44,384 nucleotides of DNA from the IMG/VR virus record IMGVR_UViG_3300010052_000219, positions 1 to 44,384 of that record; one strand, 5' to 3'. The position numbers and the translations under genes were made by a program. Positions 34,199 to 44,016 of this stretch are shown in pieces. Each line of letters starts with the position of its first letter. Within the stretch, counting starts at the first letter, position 1. The notes below the pieces were generated by a model. The model was not told the origin of the DNA. It did not search any database and saw only the letters and a program-made list of their open reading frames with translations. The stretch is from a virus. Lineage: Duplodnaviria > Caudoviricetes.

Positions 34199-34937
34199 TC
34201 GCCCCATCCTGTTTTCGGCGGCGATGGTGCGCGCCCTGGGCGATGGGTGCAAGACGCAGACGCGCCGGGTCGCGAAAGTCGCCGCCATCATGGGCAACCG
34301 TGTGCCTGTCTATCCGCCCGAGGAGCTGATCGAGCTCAAGCGCGGCGAGTTTCGCGCCGGCGTCATGCACTATGCGTCGTCGGTCGGGCCGCTGAGCGGT
34401 CCTTACGACATCGGCTTCAGGGTCGGTGACCGTCTCTATGTCCGCGAGGATTATTATCAGCGCGGCCATTGGGAGCCGGTCGACGGCGCCACCACGAAGG
34501 GCGGTAAGCAGAAGTGGGCGTTCATCCCCGCCGATGAGGTGATCCGGTTCGACGCACCGGAGGAGTATCGGAGAGGCCGCCACCACGCCGATCCGGGCAC
34601 CGTCGCCTGGCACAAGCGTCTCGGCCGCTTCATGCCGCGCGCAGCGTCACGCATCACGCTGATCGTGACCGACGTCCGTGTCGAGCGTCTGCAGGACTGC
34701 AGCGAGCGCGACGCCCTGGCGGAGGGTGTCATCGAGTATGAGGCGACCAGCGAGGATCCGGCCGAATACGCCTTCGCCGAAGGCGGCATGATCTACGGCG
34801 ACGCCAAGTCTGCCTATGCCGCTCTCTGGGACTCCATCAACGGCGTCGGCGCGTGGGCCACCAACCCATGGGTGGTCGCGGTCACCTTCATCCCGATCCT
34901 CCGCAATATCGATGCTCGGATCGGGGGTGCGGCATGA
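34191..34937 (+). CDS. Conserved phage protein, ASCH/PUA-like
   Basis: RPILFSAAMVRAL..GCKTQTRR, GDRLYVRE, FMPRAASRITL..TDVRVERLQD, NPWV. Confidence 0.85.
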   Translation: MNDRPILFSAAMVRALGDGCKTQTRRVAKVAAIMGNRVPVYPPEELIELKRGEFRAGVMHYASSVGPLSGPYDIGFRVGDRLYVREDYYQRGHWEPVDGATTKGGKQKWAFIPADEVIRFDAPEEYRRGRHHADPGTVAWHKRLGRFMPRAASRITLIVTDVRVERLQDCSERDALAEGVIEYEATSEDPAEYAFAEGGMIYGDAKSAYAALWDSINGVGAWATNPWVVAVTFIPILRNIDARIGGAA

Positions 34938-35521
34938 AGCTCGACCAGCCTGTCAAGATCGGCTTCGACGTCGCCACCGGCCCGGACGTCGCCTGCTATA
35001 CGGTGCGCAACGGCTTCGCCTGGGCGTACCTTTTCGTCCGTAGCGGGACGGGTGAAACCGGCACGGGCGAGCCGAGAGGCTGGGTCCATGTCTCGGTGCT
35101 GAGCGACTATGGCAGCTTCGGCTATTGCTGGTCGCATATCGGCTCGTCGCCGTGGTGGGAATTCCTCGCCGACCTCGATTTCGAATATGCGATGCGGAAG
35201 ATGATGGGCGCACGCTACGACGTTGCGCTCAACCTCGACGCTGCGTGCGCAAAGGTGCGCGAGGTCGTGATCGAGCGCCGCCGCGACGGCGGCATGTCGC
35301 GGGAAGATGCCCGAGCCCTGTGGGACGCGCTGCCCTCCTGCGATGAATCGACCTTCCTGGCCGACCTCGATCACCACAGCGGTGGCAGGATGTACCGTCA
35401 CGAGCTGTGGGATCTTCGCTGGACCGAGCCGAACCCCCAGGCGCGCGGCTTTTGGGAGGAGATTTGGCCGCATTTCGTCGCCGGCATCCAACCTTGCGAG
35501 CAGATCGGCGGTGCATCGTGA
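34934..35521 (+). CDS. Phage hypothetical protein
   Basis: VLSDYGSFGYCW...FLADLDFEY...FWEEIWPHF. Confidence 0.8.
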   Translation: MKLDQPVKIGFDVATGPDVACYTVRNGFAWAYLFVRSGTGETGTGEPRGWVHVSVLSDYGSFGYCWSHIGSSPWWEFLADLDFEYAMRKMMGARYDVALNLDAACAKVREVVIERRRDGGMSREDARALWDALPSCDESTFLADLDHHSGGRMYRHELWDLRWTEPNPQARGFWEEIWPHFVAGIQPCEQIGGAS

Positions 35522-36009
35522 CCGATCGCCCGATTATCGACAGCAGCAGCTGGACCGGATTGCCGTCCAGCGTACGCCGCATTAGCGATCCGGAGGATTG
35601 GGCCCACGGCCTGACCGAGGAGCAGGACGCCCAGCTGGCGGCCGATTATCGCCGCCACGACTGCGGCGAGCGGCTGAAGGCGCTTCGCATGCTGTGGGGG
35701 CCGGCGATCGTCGACGAGGCCTCGACCCGATGGCGCCGCGACGGTGTCGTCGACTATATCCGCAACCGTGGTGAGGATTGGACGGTGTGGCGTGCGATCG
35801 TCGCGTCGCTGGCGTTGATTATGAACCGCCGGCACAGGCAACGCCACGTCGATCGACACCAGGCACGCACGGGCAGCTGCTGCATCCCATCGGTCGACCT
35901 CGGCTTCTGGGACAGCCGTTCCGATGGCTACGGCTACAGCTTCGGGCATCTCGAGCTCTATCCTCGCTGGCGGGTTGAAGTCGGCTCAGACGGGGAGAGC
36001 TTCCTGTGA
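35518..36009 (+). CDS. Hypothetical protein
   Basis: GTGA-coupled on both sides. Confidence 0.65.
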   Translation: MTDRPIIDSSSWTGLPSSVRRISDPEDWAHGLTEEQDAQLAADYRRHDCGERLKALRMLWGPAIVDEASTRWRRDGVVDYIRNRGEDWTVWRAIVASLALIMNRRHRQRHVDRHQARTGSCCIPSVDLGFWDSRSDGYGYSFGHLELYPRWRVEVGSDGESFL

Positions 36010-36242
36010 CCGACGCCGCCAAACGCAAGCTGCTGCTGATCGAGATCCCGCGCGATGAGCTCGCGCTGCGGATGCTCCGCGCCGCGATCGGCGCGAGGCC
36101 GCCGGCGGGCCTGACCGCGGCTGAGGCGCTCGACGACGCCGACCGGCTCAACCCGGGCTTGGCCGCGAACTTTCGCCGCCAGGCAGACGCGGCGGTGCTC
36201 TACTTCCACGAGTGCGTCGACGCGGGGAGGCAGCCGTCGTGA
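36006..36242 (+). CDS. Hypothetical protein
   Basis: GTGA-coupled on both sides. Confidence 0.7.
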   Translation: MTDAAKRKLLLIEIPRDELALRMLRAAIGARPPAGLTAAEALDDADRLNPGLAANFRRQADAAVLYFHECVDAGRQPS

Positions 36243-36847
36243 TCGAGGACTGGATCCTCCGCACATTCGAGAGCCCGGCGCTCGGCCGAACGATGTTCGA
36301 GTTCCACGGGATCATTGAGCGAGCCGAGCGCGACGGGCGCCGCGGCCTTGCCGTGCTCTCCGCGCCGGAAGAGGAAGGCGGCGAGCCGAAGTTCCGCCAT
36401 ATCCTGTCGTGGGTGTGGGACGACGCCAAGCCGATCCTGTTCACGAAGATGCTCAACCCGTCGACGGCGCGGGCGCTGAACGATGATCAGACGATGAGGA
36501 AGCTCATCGAGTTCGCGAAGCGCAACGGGTACGGCGGCGTGGTCGTCATCAACTTCTGCGATTTCCGCGCGACCAAGCCCGCGGTGGCGAAGGCGGCCGG
36601 CTGGCCGACCACAGGCTACAACGGCGTCCTGCTCGGGCGCGTGCTGCACGACCTCGAGACACACGAGGAGCGGCGCGACCTGCTGCTTGGCTGGGGCGAC
36701 AACGGTCCGCCGGCGGCGGGCTGGGCGATCGGGCGCCGGCGCGACCCGCGAGTGCGCCTATTGACCCTCGGCATCACCAAGCGCGGCCGTCCGGAACACC
36801 CGTGCATGATCCCCTACGCGCGCGAAATGAAAGAGCTGGCTGCATGA
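36239..36847 (+). CDS. DUF1643 family protein
   Basis: MLNPSTA...DDQT...NGYGG..VIN...RATKP...GWG...TKRGRPEHP. Confidence 0.88.
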   Translation: MIEDWILRTFESPALGRTMFEFHGIIERAERDGRRGLAVLSAPEEEGGEPKFRHILSWVWDDAKPILFTKMLNPSTARALNDDQTMRKLIEFAKRNGYGGVVVINFCDFRATKPAVAKAAGWPTTGYNGVLLGRVLHDLETHEERRDLLLGWGDNGPPAAGWAIGRRRDPRVRLLTLGITKRGRPEHPCMIPYAREMKELAA

Positions 36848-37485
36848 TCGAATATCTTCCCTGGCTGCTGTCGGCGATCACGATCTGGATGACCGTGCTT
36901 GCGGGCAACAAGCATCGTTCGGCGTGGCTGGTCGGCCTCGCCAACCAGGCGCTTTGGCTGGTGTGGATTGTCGCGGCGGAAGCTTGGGGCCTGATCCCCA
37001 TGAACCTCGCCCTTTGGGCAGTCTATGCTCGCAATCACTTCCGCTGGATCGCTGACCGGGAAAAAGGGTCAGAAGTACCGTCCGATAGACCAGTGACCCC
37101 GCAATACACGGCGGCCAGCAATGGTGGGCAGCTGTTAGGTCGGACCAGCGATCTCGATACGGACCTGGTCGCGCAGTTGCGTAGAGAGATCATCAACGCG
37201 CCGGAAACCGCTGATTTCATGGCCGGTGTTCCGATCGAGGCTGCCCATCAGCGGGAAAGATGGGGTGCCTCGCACGACGCCGGCAAGACGCCGTTCGATT
37301 GGTTCTGGCTGCTAGGCTATCTTGTGCAGAAGGCCGCCGACGCCGCAGTCCGCGGCGACAATGAGAAGGCGCAGCACCACACCATCAGCAGCGCGGCGGC
37401 GCTCGCCAACTGGCATGCTCATCTGACCGGTGCGCACACCGGCATGCGGCCAGGCATCGACCCCGTCGAAAGGAACGTGGCGTGA
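36844..37485 (+). CDS. Small membrane module fused to a MazG-like helical domain
   Basis: About 3 TM segments, then EAAHQRERWG..HD..K...DW...HHTISSAAAL. Confidence 0.6.
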   Translation: MIEYLPWLLSAITIWMTVLAGNKHRSAWLVGLANQALWLVWIVAAEAWGLIPMNLALWAVYARNHFRWIADREKGSEVPSDRPVTPQYTAASNGGQLLGRTSDLDTDLVAQLRREIINAPETADFMAGVPIEAAHQRERWGASHDAGKTPFDWFWLLGYLVQKAADAAVRGDNEKAQHHTISSAAALANWHAHLTGAHTGMRPGIDPVERNVA

Positions 37486-38360
37486 GCGATGCAGCTGTCC
37501 TGACAGAGCGCGACGAGGCCTATGCGGCGATCGCGGCCGTGCAGCAGGCATGGAGCGAGGATTCGATCACCGAAAAGCTCGATCGACGCGAGATCGACGC
37601 GCTCGCGGATGCGATGGTCGCTTTTCGGGCGGTGGCGCTTCCGCCGGAGGGCGCCCCGGGCGGGGCGATCGTCACGCTAGCCGACCTGCAGCTGCCCGGC
37701 GGCGCGCAGCGTGCGCTGCGGCAAGCGGGTGTCCGCACGGCCCGTCAGCTCGTCGCGCGTACCGCGGGCGATGTCTTGGCGATGCCCGGCATGGACGTTG
37801 TCACGGTCAATCAGGTCAAGGAGGCGATGAGCCGGCACGGCCTGTGCTTCGGCCGCGACCTGCCAGGCGAAGATATCACCGAGGGCTGGCTGACGGAGAT
37901 CGGGTTCCGCTGGCATCAGCTCGACCGCCAGCCCTTCAAGCAATGGCTGCTCTGGATCGGCGAGGCAGCGGATCCCGCGACCTGCTTCGAGGATTTGGGG
38001 ATTGAGGTCGCGCCCACCTGCAGCGGTGACTCGTGGCATTGTTGGGCTCGCGCCGACTATTCCGGGCGCTACAGCCGCTTCGTGCACCTCCGGCACATCG
38101 TCAGCCGGGAGGAGCTCATTTTCCTGCTCGAGGGGATGGTCGGCCGCGGCTTCGACCGGTCGGATGTCTTCAACGGGATCTGGATGGCGCCAGGACGCGC
38201 AGCACGCGTCAGGGGCGAGGAACAGCGGCTCGATCGGCGTATCATGCGCGAGCGGCCATGGCGCAGCATCGAGCACGACGAGACGCGCGGCCGCGCGCTG
38301 CCAGAGCATGCGCAGGCGTACGAGGATCAGAAGGGGAGTGGAGGAAACCATGGGCGCTGA
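37482..38360 (+). CDS. Protein containing an RNA polymerase alpha-CTD-like domain
   Basis: LADLQL...RALRQAGVRTARQLV...DVLAMPGM...VKEAMSRHGL. Confidence 0.75.
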   Translation: MSDAAVLTERDEAYAAIAAVQQAWSEDSITEKLDRREIDALADAMVAFRAVALPPEGAPGGAIVTLADLQLPGGAQRALRQAGVRTARQLVARTAGDVLAMPGMDVVTVNQVKEAMSRHGLCFGRDLPGEDITEGWLTEIGFRWHQLDRQPFKQWLLWIGEAADPATCFEDLGIEVAPTCSGDSWHCWARADYSGRYSRFVHLRHIVSREELIFLLEGMVGRGFDRSDVFNGIWMAPGRAARVRGEEQRLDRRIMRERPWRSIEHDETRGRALPEHAQAYEDQKGSGGNHGR

Positions 38361-38601
38361 GAAGCACGATCAGCCGCTCCCATTCTGGCCGGCAGCCATG
38401 TCGCGGCCAATGGCGCTGTCCTATACCGGTGTCGCGGCCGAGCAGCTGAAGGACTGGGAGCGCCGCGGCCTCGTTCGCTTCCGTCCGCGCGGACCGCGCG
38501 GGCAGATGATCACGCCGCGGGCGGACCTCGACGCCGCGCTCGCGACGCTGTTCGACGGCATCGCCGATGACGTCGGCCCGATCGAGTTCGACGAAGACTG
38601 A
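38350..38601 (+). CDS. Excisionase-like DNA-binding protein
   Basis: WPAAMSRPMALSYTGV...RADLDAAL; TGATG-coupled to the integrase. Confidence 0.7.
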   Translation: MGAEKHDQPLPFWPAAMSRPMALSYTGVAAEQLKDWERRGLVRFRPRGPRGQMITPRADLDAALATLFDGIADDVGPIEFDED

Positions 38602-39917
38602 TGCCGTTCGAGCGGAAGCCATCGGAGCGGCTCCCCGCCTATGTCCGCCCGGCGAAGCTCGCCGGCGGCAAGATGGGCTATTACTGGGAGCTGCCCACCT
38701 GGGCGCGGCCGAAGAAGGATTCCGCGACCGGGAAGCTGGTGCCGGCCGTCAAGCACGGTCAGCCGTGCCCGCTGGTCTCCACCCCGCTGGGCACCGATCT
38801 CGCCAAGGCGATCGAGAAGGGCAAGAACCTCAACGACGCGTTCCGCGACTGGCGCAAGGGCAGCACCGGCAAGGTGCTGGTCAAGGGCTCCGTGGCCTGG
38901 CTGTTCGAATGGTATCGCGACCAGCCGCGGTTCAAGAAGAACAAGCCGAAGACGAAGAAGGACTATCACCGGCTGATGGACGCGCTCTGCGCGTTCGAGC
39001 CGAAGAAGGGCGCGCCGACGCTCGGCCAGCGCGCGGCGAGCAAGGTCGACGCGACCGTCGCCGACAAGATGTACGAGAAGTGGCAGGAGCGCGGCGCGCG
39101 CGAGGCGAGCTACGCCATGCAGGTCTGCCGCCTCGTCTGGTCCTGGGCTGTCCGCCACAAGCGCACGACGGGCGTGACCGAGAACCCCTTCCTCGGCATG
39201 GGTCTGAAGAGCACGGCGGTGAAGGGCAATCGCGAGACCTCGCGCGCGGAATACGATCTCTATCGCGCGACGGCGCGCGAGCTCGGGTTCCAGTCCATGG
39301 CGACCGCCGCCGCGCTGTGCTTCGAATGCTGCCAGCGTGTATCCGACGTGTTCGGCTATGAGGAGCTGCGACCCGAGGAGGACGACGGGCCCGAGCGCAA
39401 CATCCTGTGGTCGGGCTATGTCCCTGGCGAGCACATCACGCTGATTCAGAGCAAGACCGGGAACCCGGTCATGCTGCCCTTGTACCTAGAGGTGCCGGCT
39501 GAGGGCGGCGGAGTCGAGCGCGTTATGCTCTACCCGGAGCTGGAGGAGGAACTCGCCGCCTGGCGCGCGCTCGTGCCGTCGGCCGAAGGCCGCATCATCG
39601 TCGAGGAGCGCAACGGCAAGCCCTACAAGGAACGGCGCATGTCGACCGTGCACCGCGGGATCTGCGATGTGGCCGGATTGCCCCATGACATGACGTTCAC
39701 CGGATTCCGCCACGGCGGCATCACGGAGATCGGCGATGCCGGCGTCGACGACACCCGGGCGGTGTCCGGCCACAAGACGCTGGAAGTCACCAGGATCTAC
39801 AACAAGGCCAACGCCGAGAAGGCGCGGCGCATCGCCGCCGCGCGGCGCGCGCACATCGCCCAGCTCGGCGCGCTCGACGAGGCCAAATCGAGCAAGGACA
39901 ATTCCAATGGAGAGTGA
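38601..39917 (+). CDS. Tyrosine recombinase/integrase
   Basis: QRVSDV (R), QSKTG (K), TGFRHGG, SGHKT, RIY (Y). Confidence 0.9.
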   Translation: MPFERKPSERLPAYVRPAKLAGGKMGYYWELPTWARPKKDSATGKLVPAVKHGQPCPLVSTPLGTDLAKAIEKGKNLNDAFRDWRKGSTGKVLVKGSVAWLFEWYRDQPRFKKNKPKTKKDYHRLMDALCAFEPKKGAPTLGQRAASKVDATVADKMYEKWQERGAREASYAMQVCRLVWSWAVRHKRTTGVTENPFLGMGLKSTAVKGNRETSRAEYDLYRATARELGFQSMATAAALCFECCQRVSDVFGYEELRPEEDDGPERNILWSGYVPGEHITLIQSKTGNPVMLPLYLEVPAEGGGVERVMLYPELEEELAAWRALVPSAEGRIIVEERNGKPYKERRMSTVHRGICDVAGLPHDMTFTGFRHGGITEIGDAGVDDTRAVSGHKTLEVTRIYNKANAEKARRIAAARRAHIAQLGALDEAKSSKDNSNGE

Positions 39918-40230
39918 CGCGACGCAACGCCAGATTGTTCGCGATCTCGCGCACAAGGCCTCCGACGACACCCAGGCCGCGATCCGGCGCGCGTGGCAAT
40001 TCGCGCGGTCTCCGTTCGACATGATGGAGATGGCGACGATGTCCTCGGCGTGTGCACTCGCCTATGCCGCCGCATCGATGAACGCACATCTCGGCGCCGG
40101 GCATAGCGCGGAAGAGGTGACGGACGCGCTGTGGCAGCTCCTGCGTCCTATGGTCCTGAAAACGCTCGGCGGTAGCGATGCCGACTTCAAGGCGCTGCTC
40201 GCTCAAGTGGAGGCCGCATCCCATGACTGA
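39907..40230 (+). CDS. Hypothetical protein
   Basis: Start overlaps the integrase 3' end; AAGGA RBS. Confidence 0.7.
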   Translation: MESDATQRQIVRDLAHKASDDTQAAIRRAWQFARSPFDMMEMATMSSACALAYAAASMNAHLGAGHSAEEVTDALWQLLRPMVLKTLGGSDADFKALLAQVEAASHD

Positions 40231-40516
40231 ACCAGTGCCTGTGATGCAGGTAACGGAGGCAGATCGTGTGGCGTGGTACGCCTTCTCTGACGAGCTTGGC
40301 CTATCGGCCCGTACTGACCTCATCGGTCCCGGCGTTCGACTGCTCGCCCGCCACCGCCTTCAAGGCTGGAGCGAGTGCAAAGAGGCGGTGGCCAAGATCA
40401 CGCATGAGAACGGCCCGGTCGTCATCGACATGACGGGCGAGGACCTCGCGTGGCGCCCACTCGACTACGGCACATGGACCCCGTTCCTCACCTCCTCAAA
40501 ACCGGAGAGCTTGTGA
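40223..40516 (+). CDS. Hypothetical protein
   Basis: GGAGG RBS; overlaps its neighbours. Confidence 0.6.
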   Translation: MTEPVPVMQVTEADRVAWYAFSDELGLSARTDLIGPGVRLLARHRLQGWSECKEAVAKITHENGPVVIDMTGEDLAWRPLDYGTWTPFLTSSKPESL

Positions 40517-41388
40517 TGGACCCGAACAAGCGGGGCAACCCGCCATTCGAGCCGAGCAGCTACGCGGCGGGTCTTCAACGGCGAGTTGATCGGCATACTA
40601 GGTGGCAGGGCGAGGCCGTGGCGGCGGCGCGCCAGATGCTCGACGGCACGCCCGAAGAAAGAGCCGCGGGCGAGGCGTGGTGGCGTGGCCACTTCGATCA
40701 ACCGGAAGTCGTCCTTTCCGAAGTGGATGCCCAGTCGCGCTCCGCCAGGGCCGACGACGAGGTGGCCCGGCTGACGCACTTCATCGACCGCGACAGGTAC
40801 GCCGCCGCGATCGTGCTGAACAACATCAAGAAGGTGCTGGCCGGATACTCATGGCTTAGCGAGGCCGGGAGGGGCCCATATGCCTACGACGATGAGCGAT
40901 ATCAGCGCGAATTCGGCGACGCGCTTGAAGCGATTGAGGCCGCGCTGACCCCGCTGGGAAATTTGGCGTTCGACAAGACCGACTGCACGACTGACCCGGC
41001 ACTGGTTCGGGCCGCTCGCGAGGCTGGCGTCGACCGCACTGCTCAACTCGGCTCTGACGTGTGGGAGGATGCGATCGTAGCCGTCGTCAAGATCAGTTAC
41101 CCAGATCGAGATCTGCGCCTCAACCCCATCCAAGACACCGAGCGCGAGCACTGGCGGCCAATAGTCGCCGCCGTCCTCGCCCTACCGACGCCCCCTGCAC
41201 GGGCGGGGGAAGTCGTGGAGGTGCTGGCGCCGTTTGCGCTGGTCGAGCATGAGCTTGCGCTCTTCGATGAGAATGGCTGGACGGACAATGGCGTGTCTTG
41301 GAGCCGGGAGCGCATCGGCTACTGGTTCGGTCCTACCGATTTCCGCCGCGCCCGCGCGCTGCACGAAAAGCTCAAGGGCCAGAGCTGA
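40516..41388 (+). CDS. Mosaic phage hypothetical protein
   Basis: TGATG-coupled on both sides; WLSEAGRGPYAYDDERYQREF motif. Confidence 0.7.
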   Translation: MDPNKRGNPPFEPSSYAAGLQRRVDRHTRWQGEAVAAARQMLDGTPEERAAGEAWWRGHFDQPEVVLSEVDAQSRSARADDEVARLTHFIDRDRYAAAIVLNNIKKVLAGYSWLSEAGRGPYAYDDERYQREFGDALEAIEAALTPLGNLAFDKTDCTTDPALVRAAREAGVDRTAQLGSDVWEDAIVAVVKISYPDRDLRLNPIQDTEREHWRPIVAAVLALPTPPARAGEVVEVLAPFALVEHELALFDENGWTDNGVSWSRERIGYWFGPTDFRRARALHEKLKGQS

Positions 41389-41744
41389 TGGAGGCGGCCG
41401 CCCAGCTCGCCGGAGCGTTGCGCCGGGCACGCTATCGCGTCGGCACGGAGGACGCCCTCCAGGCGTCGATCGGCGAAGCCCTCACCGCGCTCGCAGACAC
41501 ACCCTTCGAGCGTGAGGTGCGCCTCGCACCGGGCGAGCGCATCGATTTCCTGGTTGCCGGCGGAATCGGCATCGAAGCCAAGGTGAAGTGCGATAAGCGC
41601 GCGATCTACCGCCAACTCGAGCGCTACGCGAAGCGTGACCAGATCACCGCGCTGATCCTCGTGACGGGTACGGCCATGGGCCTTCCGCCGGCGATCGATG
41701 GCAAGCCCGTCTATTTCGTCTCGATCGGGAGGGCGATGCTGTGA
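41388..41744 (+). CDS. PD-(D/E)xK nuclease-like protein
   Basis: EREVRL...RIDFLV..GIGIEAK...QLERY. Confidence 0.8.
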   Translation: MEAAAQLAGALRRARYRVGTEDALQASIGEALTALADTPFEREVRLAPGERIDFLVAGGIGIEAKVKCDKRAIYRQLERYAKRDQITALILVTGTAMGLPPAIDGKPVYFVSIGRAML

Positions 41745-43411
41745 GGACGTACGGTCAGCTCACCCTGCAGCGGGGCACGCCGGCGCGCTGGGTTCTCCAG
41801 AACCTCGAGCCGCACGTCACGATCGCCTTCAAGCGCCTGTTCCCGCGCATCAGCAAGACGGCCGTGCATCTCGTGCTGGAGGACAGCGACGAGATCCGCG
41901 CCGACCTGCACTGGTTCATGCAGCGCTATCCGCTGCAGCACGGCGAGGAGACGGCGCTCGAGGAAGCGCGTGAGCGCATCGCGCACCGCATGGCCGAGCG
42001 CGATCGCGTCCTTTTGCCGGCGTGGACGCCTGGCGAGGTGCAAGGCTTCCGCGACGGGCTTCAGCCCTATGGGTATCAATCGGCCGCCGCGCAGATCCTG
42101 CTTTCGTTCGGCGCCCTGCTGGTCGGTGATGACGTCGGCCTCGGCAAGACGATCACCGCGATCGCGGCGTGCGTGATGGGGGCGCCGTTGCCGGCGGCGA
42201 TCGTCGTTCAGCCGCACCTCGCCGACCAGTGGATGGCGCGGGTGGAAGAATTCACGCACCTGCGCGTCCACGTCATCAAGGGCACCACCCCGTACGATCT
42301 GCCCCCGGCCGATCTCTACATATTCCGCTACTCGAATGTCGCGGGCTGGCTGGCGATCATAACACAGGGGGTCTTCAAGACCGTTGCCTATGACGAGATC
42401 CAGGAGCTGCGGAAGGGGACCGAAACCCAGAAGGGGCAAGCGGCCTATTGGCTCTCGAAGAACGCCGACGTCCGCCTCGGCCTGACGGCGACCCCGGTCT
42501 ACAACTACGGCGACGAGATGCACCGGGTGATGAGCTTCGTGCAGCCCGATCTATTGGGCGATCGCAACGAATTCCTGCGCGAATGGTGCGGCGGATCTGT
42601 GCGGGTCAGCGATCCCGATGCTCTCGGTTCCTATCTCCGCGACACCGGCTATTTCCTGCGTCGCGCCGAGGACGATCCGGCCGTGCTCGCGACGTTGCCG
42701 CGCCCCAACGTGCTGGAGTGGGAAGTCGGCTACGATCACGCCGCCGCGGCCGCCGACGTCGACCTGACCCGCAAGCTCGCGCTCACCGTCCTCAACGGCT
42801 CCTTCACGGAAGCCGGCCAGGCAGCGCGCGAATTGGACATGCGTATGCGTCAGCTGACTGGGATCGGCAAAGCCCGGTCGGTTGCCGCCTACGTCCGGAT
42901 GCTGCTTCAGGACGCCGATCGCGTGCTGCTCGCTGGGTGGCACCGCGAGGTCTACTCGATCTGGCAGGAGGCGCTCGCCGACTTCAACCCGGTCCTCTAC
43001 ACCGGCTCGGAGACGGCCGCGGGCAAGGCGCGCAGCGTCGAGGCGTTCACCAAGGGCGATTCCCGGGTGATGATGATCTCGCTGCGATCTGGCGCCGGCC
43101 TCGACGGTCTCCAGCACTATTGCAATGAGGTCGTATTCGGCGAGTTCGACTGGTCGCCCCAGGTCCACCATCAGGTCACCGGCCGCCTGCGGCGTCCCGG
43201 GCAGCCGCGACAGGTCAACGTCCACTATCTCCACACGAACGAGGGCAGCGATCCCGTGCTGCTCGAGACGCTCGGCATCAAGGCCGATCAGAGCAGCGGC
43301 ATTGTGGACCCCGGCCAGGCGGTCAAGGAGCGGTTCAGCGACGATTCGAGGATCAGGCGGCTGGCTGAGCATGTGCTCGGCGAAGACCTCGCGCGAGATG
43401 AAGCCGCATGA
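41741..43411 (+). CDS. SNF2-family helicase
   Basis: YQ, GDDVGLGKT, DEIQ, LTATP, GAGLDGLQ, QVTGRLRRPGQ. Confidence 0.92.
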   Translation: MRTYGQLTLQRGTPARWVLQNLEPHVTIAFKRLFPRISKTAVHLVLEDSDEIRADLHWFMQRYPLQHGEETALEEARERIAHRMAERDRVLLPAWTPGEVQGFRDGLQPYGYQSAAAQILLSFGALLVGDDVGLGKTITAIAACVMGAPLPAAIVVQPHLADQWMARVEEFTHLRVHVIKGTTPYDLPPADLYIFRYSNVAGWLAIITQGVFKTVAYDEIQELRKGTETQKGQAAYWLSKNADVRLGLTATPVYNYGDEMHRVMSFVQPDLLGDRNEFLREWCGGSVRVSDPDALGSYLRDTGYFLRRAEDDPAVLATLPRPNVLEWEVGYDHAAAAADVDLTRKLALTVLNGSFTEAGQAARELDMRMRQLTGIGKARSVAAYVRMLLQDADRVLLAGWHREVYSIWQEALADFNPVLYTGSETAAGKARSVEAFTKGDSRVMMISLRSGAGLDGLQHYCNEVVFGEFDWSPQVHHQVTGRLRRPGQPRQVNVHYLHTNEGSDPVLLETLGIKADQSSGIVDPGQAVKERFSDDSRIRRLAEHVLGEDLARDEAA

Positions 43412-43911
43412 TTGCGCGACCGCCGTTCACGGTCGAGGACATCGATCGCGCCAATGACGAGTGGGGCTGCAACTGCGGTCCGGCCGCGATCGCCGCCATC
43501 CTGATGATGACGCCTGACCAGGTGCGCCCGCACATGGGCGACTTCGAGCGGAAGCGGTACACCAACCCGCAACTGATGTTCGAGGCCTTGAATAGCATCG
43601 GCAAGCCCTGGCGAAGCTCGCCGGCGGCATGGCCCGCCTATGGACTTGTCCGCATTCAGTGGCACGGTCCCTGGATGCGGCCTGAGGTGCCAATTCGGGC
43701 ACGCTATCGCCAGACGCACTGGATCGCCGCCGCGACCGACGACCGCCTTGGGGATGGCGTCTACGACATCAATGCGATGGCCAACGGCACGGGCTGGACC
43801 CAGCGCCGCCAATGGGAGTCCGTGGTCGCCCCCTGGATTGTCGAGAATTGCGTGCCGCGCGGCGACGGCGGCTGGTCCATCACGCACGCGATCGAGGTGA
43901 AGCTGCAATGA
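43408..43911 (+). CDS. Papain-like (C39-like) cysteine peptidase
   Basis: NCGPAAIA...HWI...YDIN (Cys-His-Asp order). Confidence 0.65.
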   Translation: MIARPPFTVEDIDRANDEWGCNCGPAAIAAILMMTPDQVRPHMGDFERKRYTNPQLMFEALNSIGKPWRSSPAAWPAYGLVRIQWHGPWMRPEVPIRARYRQTHWIAAATDDRLGDGVYDINAMANGTGWTQRRQWESVVAPWIVENCVPRGDGGWSITHAIEVKLQ

Positions 43912-44016
43912 TGACCGAGGGGGAGAAGCGCGCCGTCGCGCTGCTCGGTGATGCGGGGAACGCAATGGTCGCCTGCGGCGCCGGCGCCCCAACCACCTCC
44001 ACGAAAGGACTGATCG

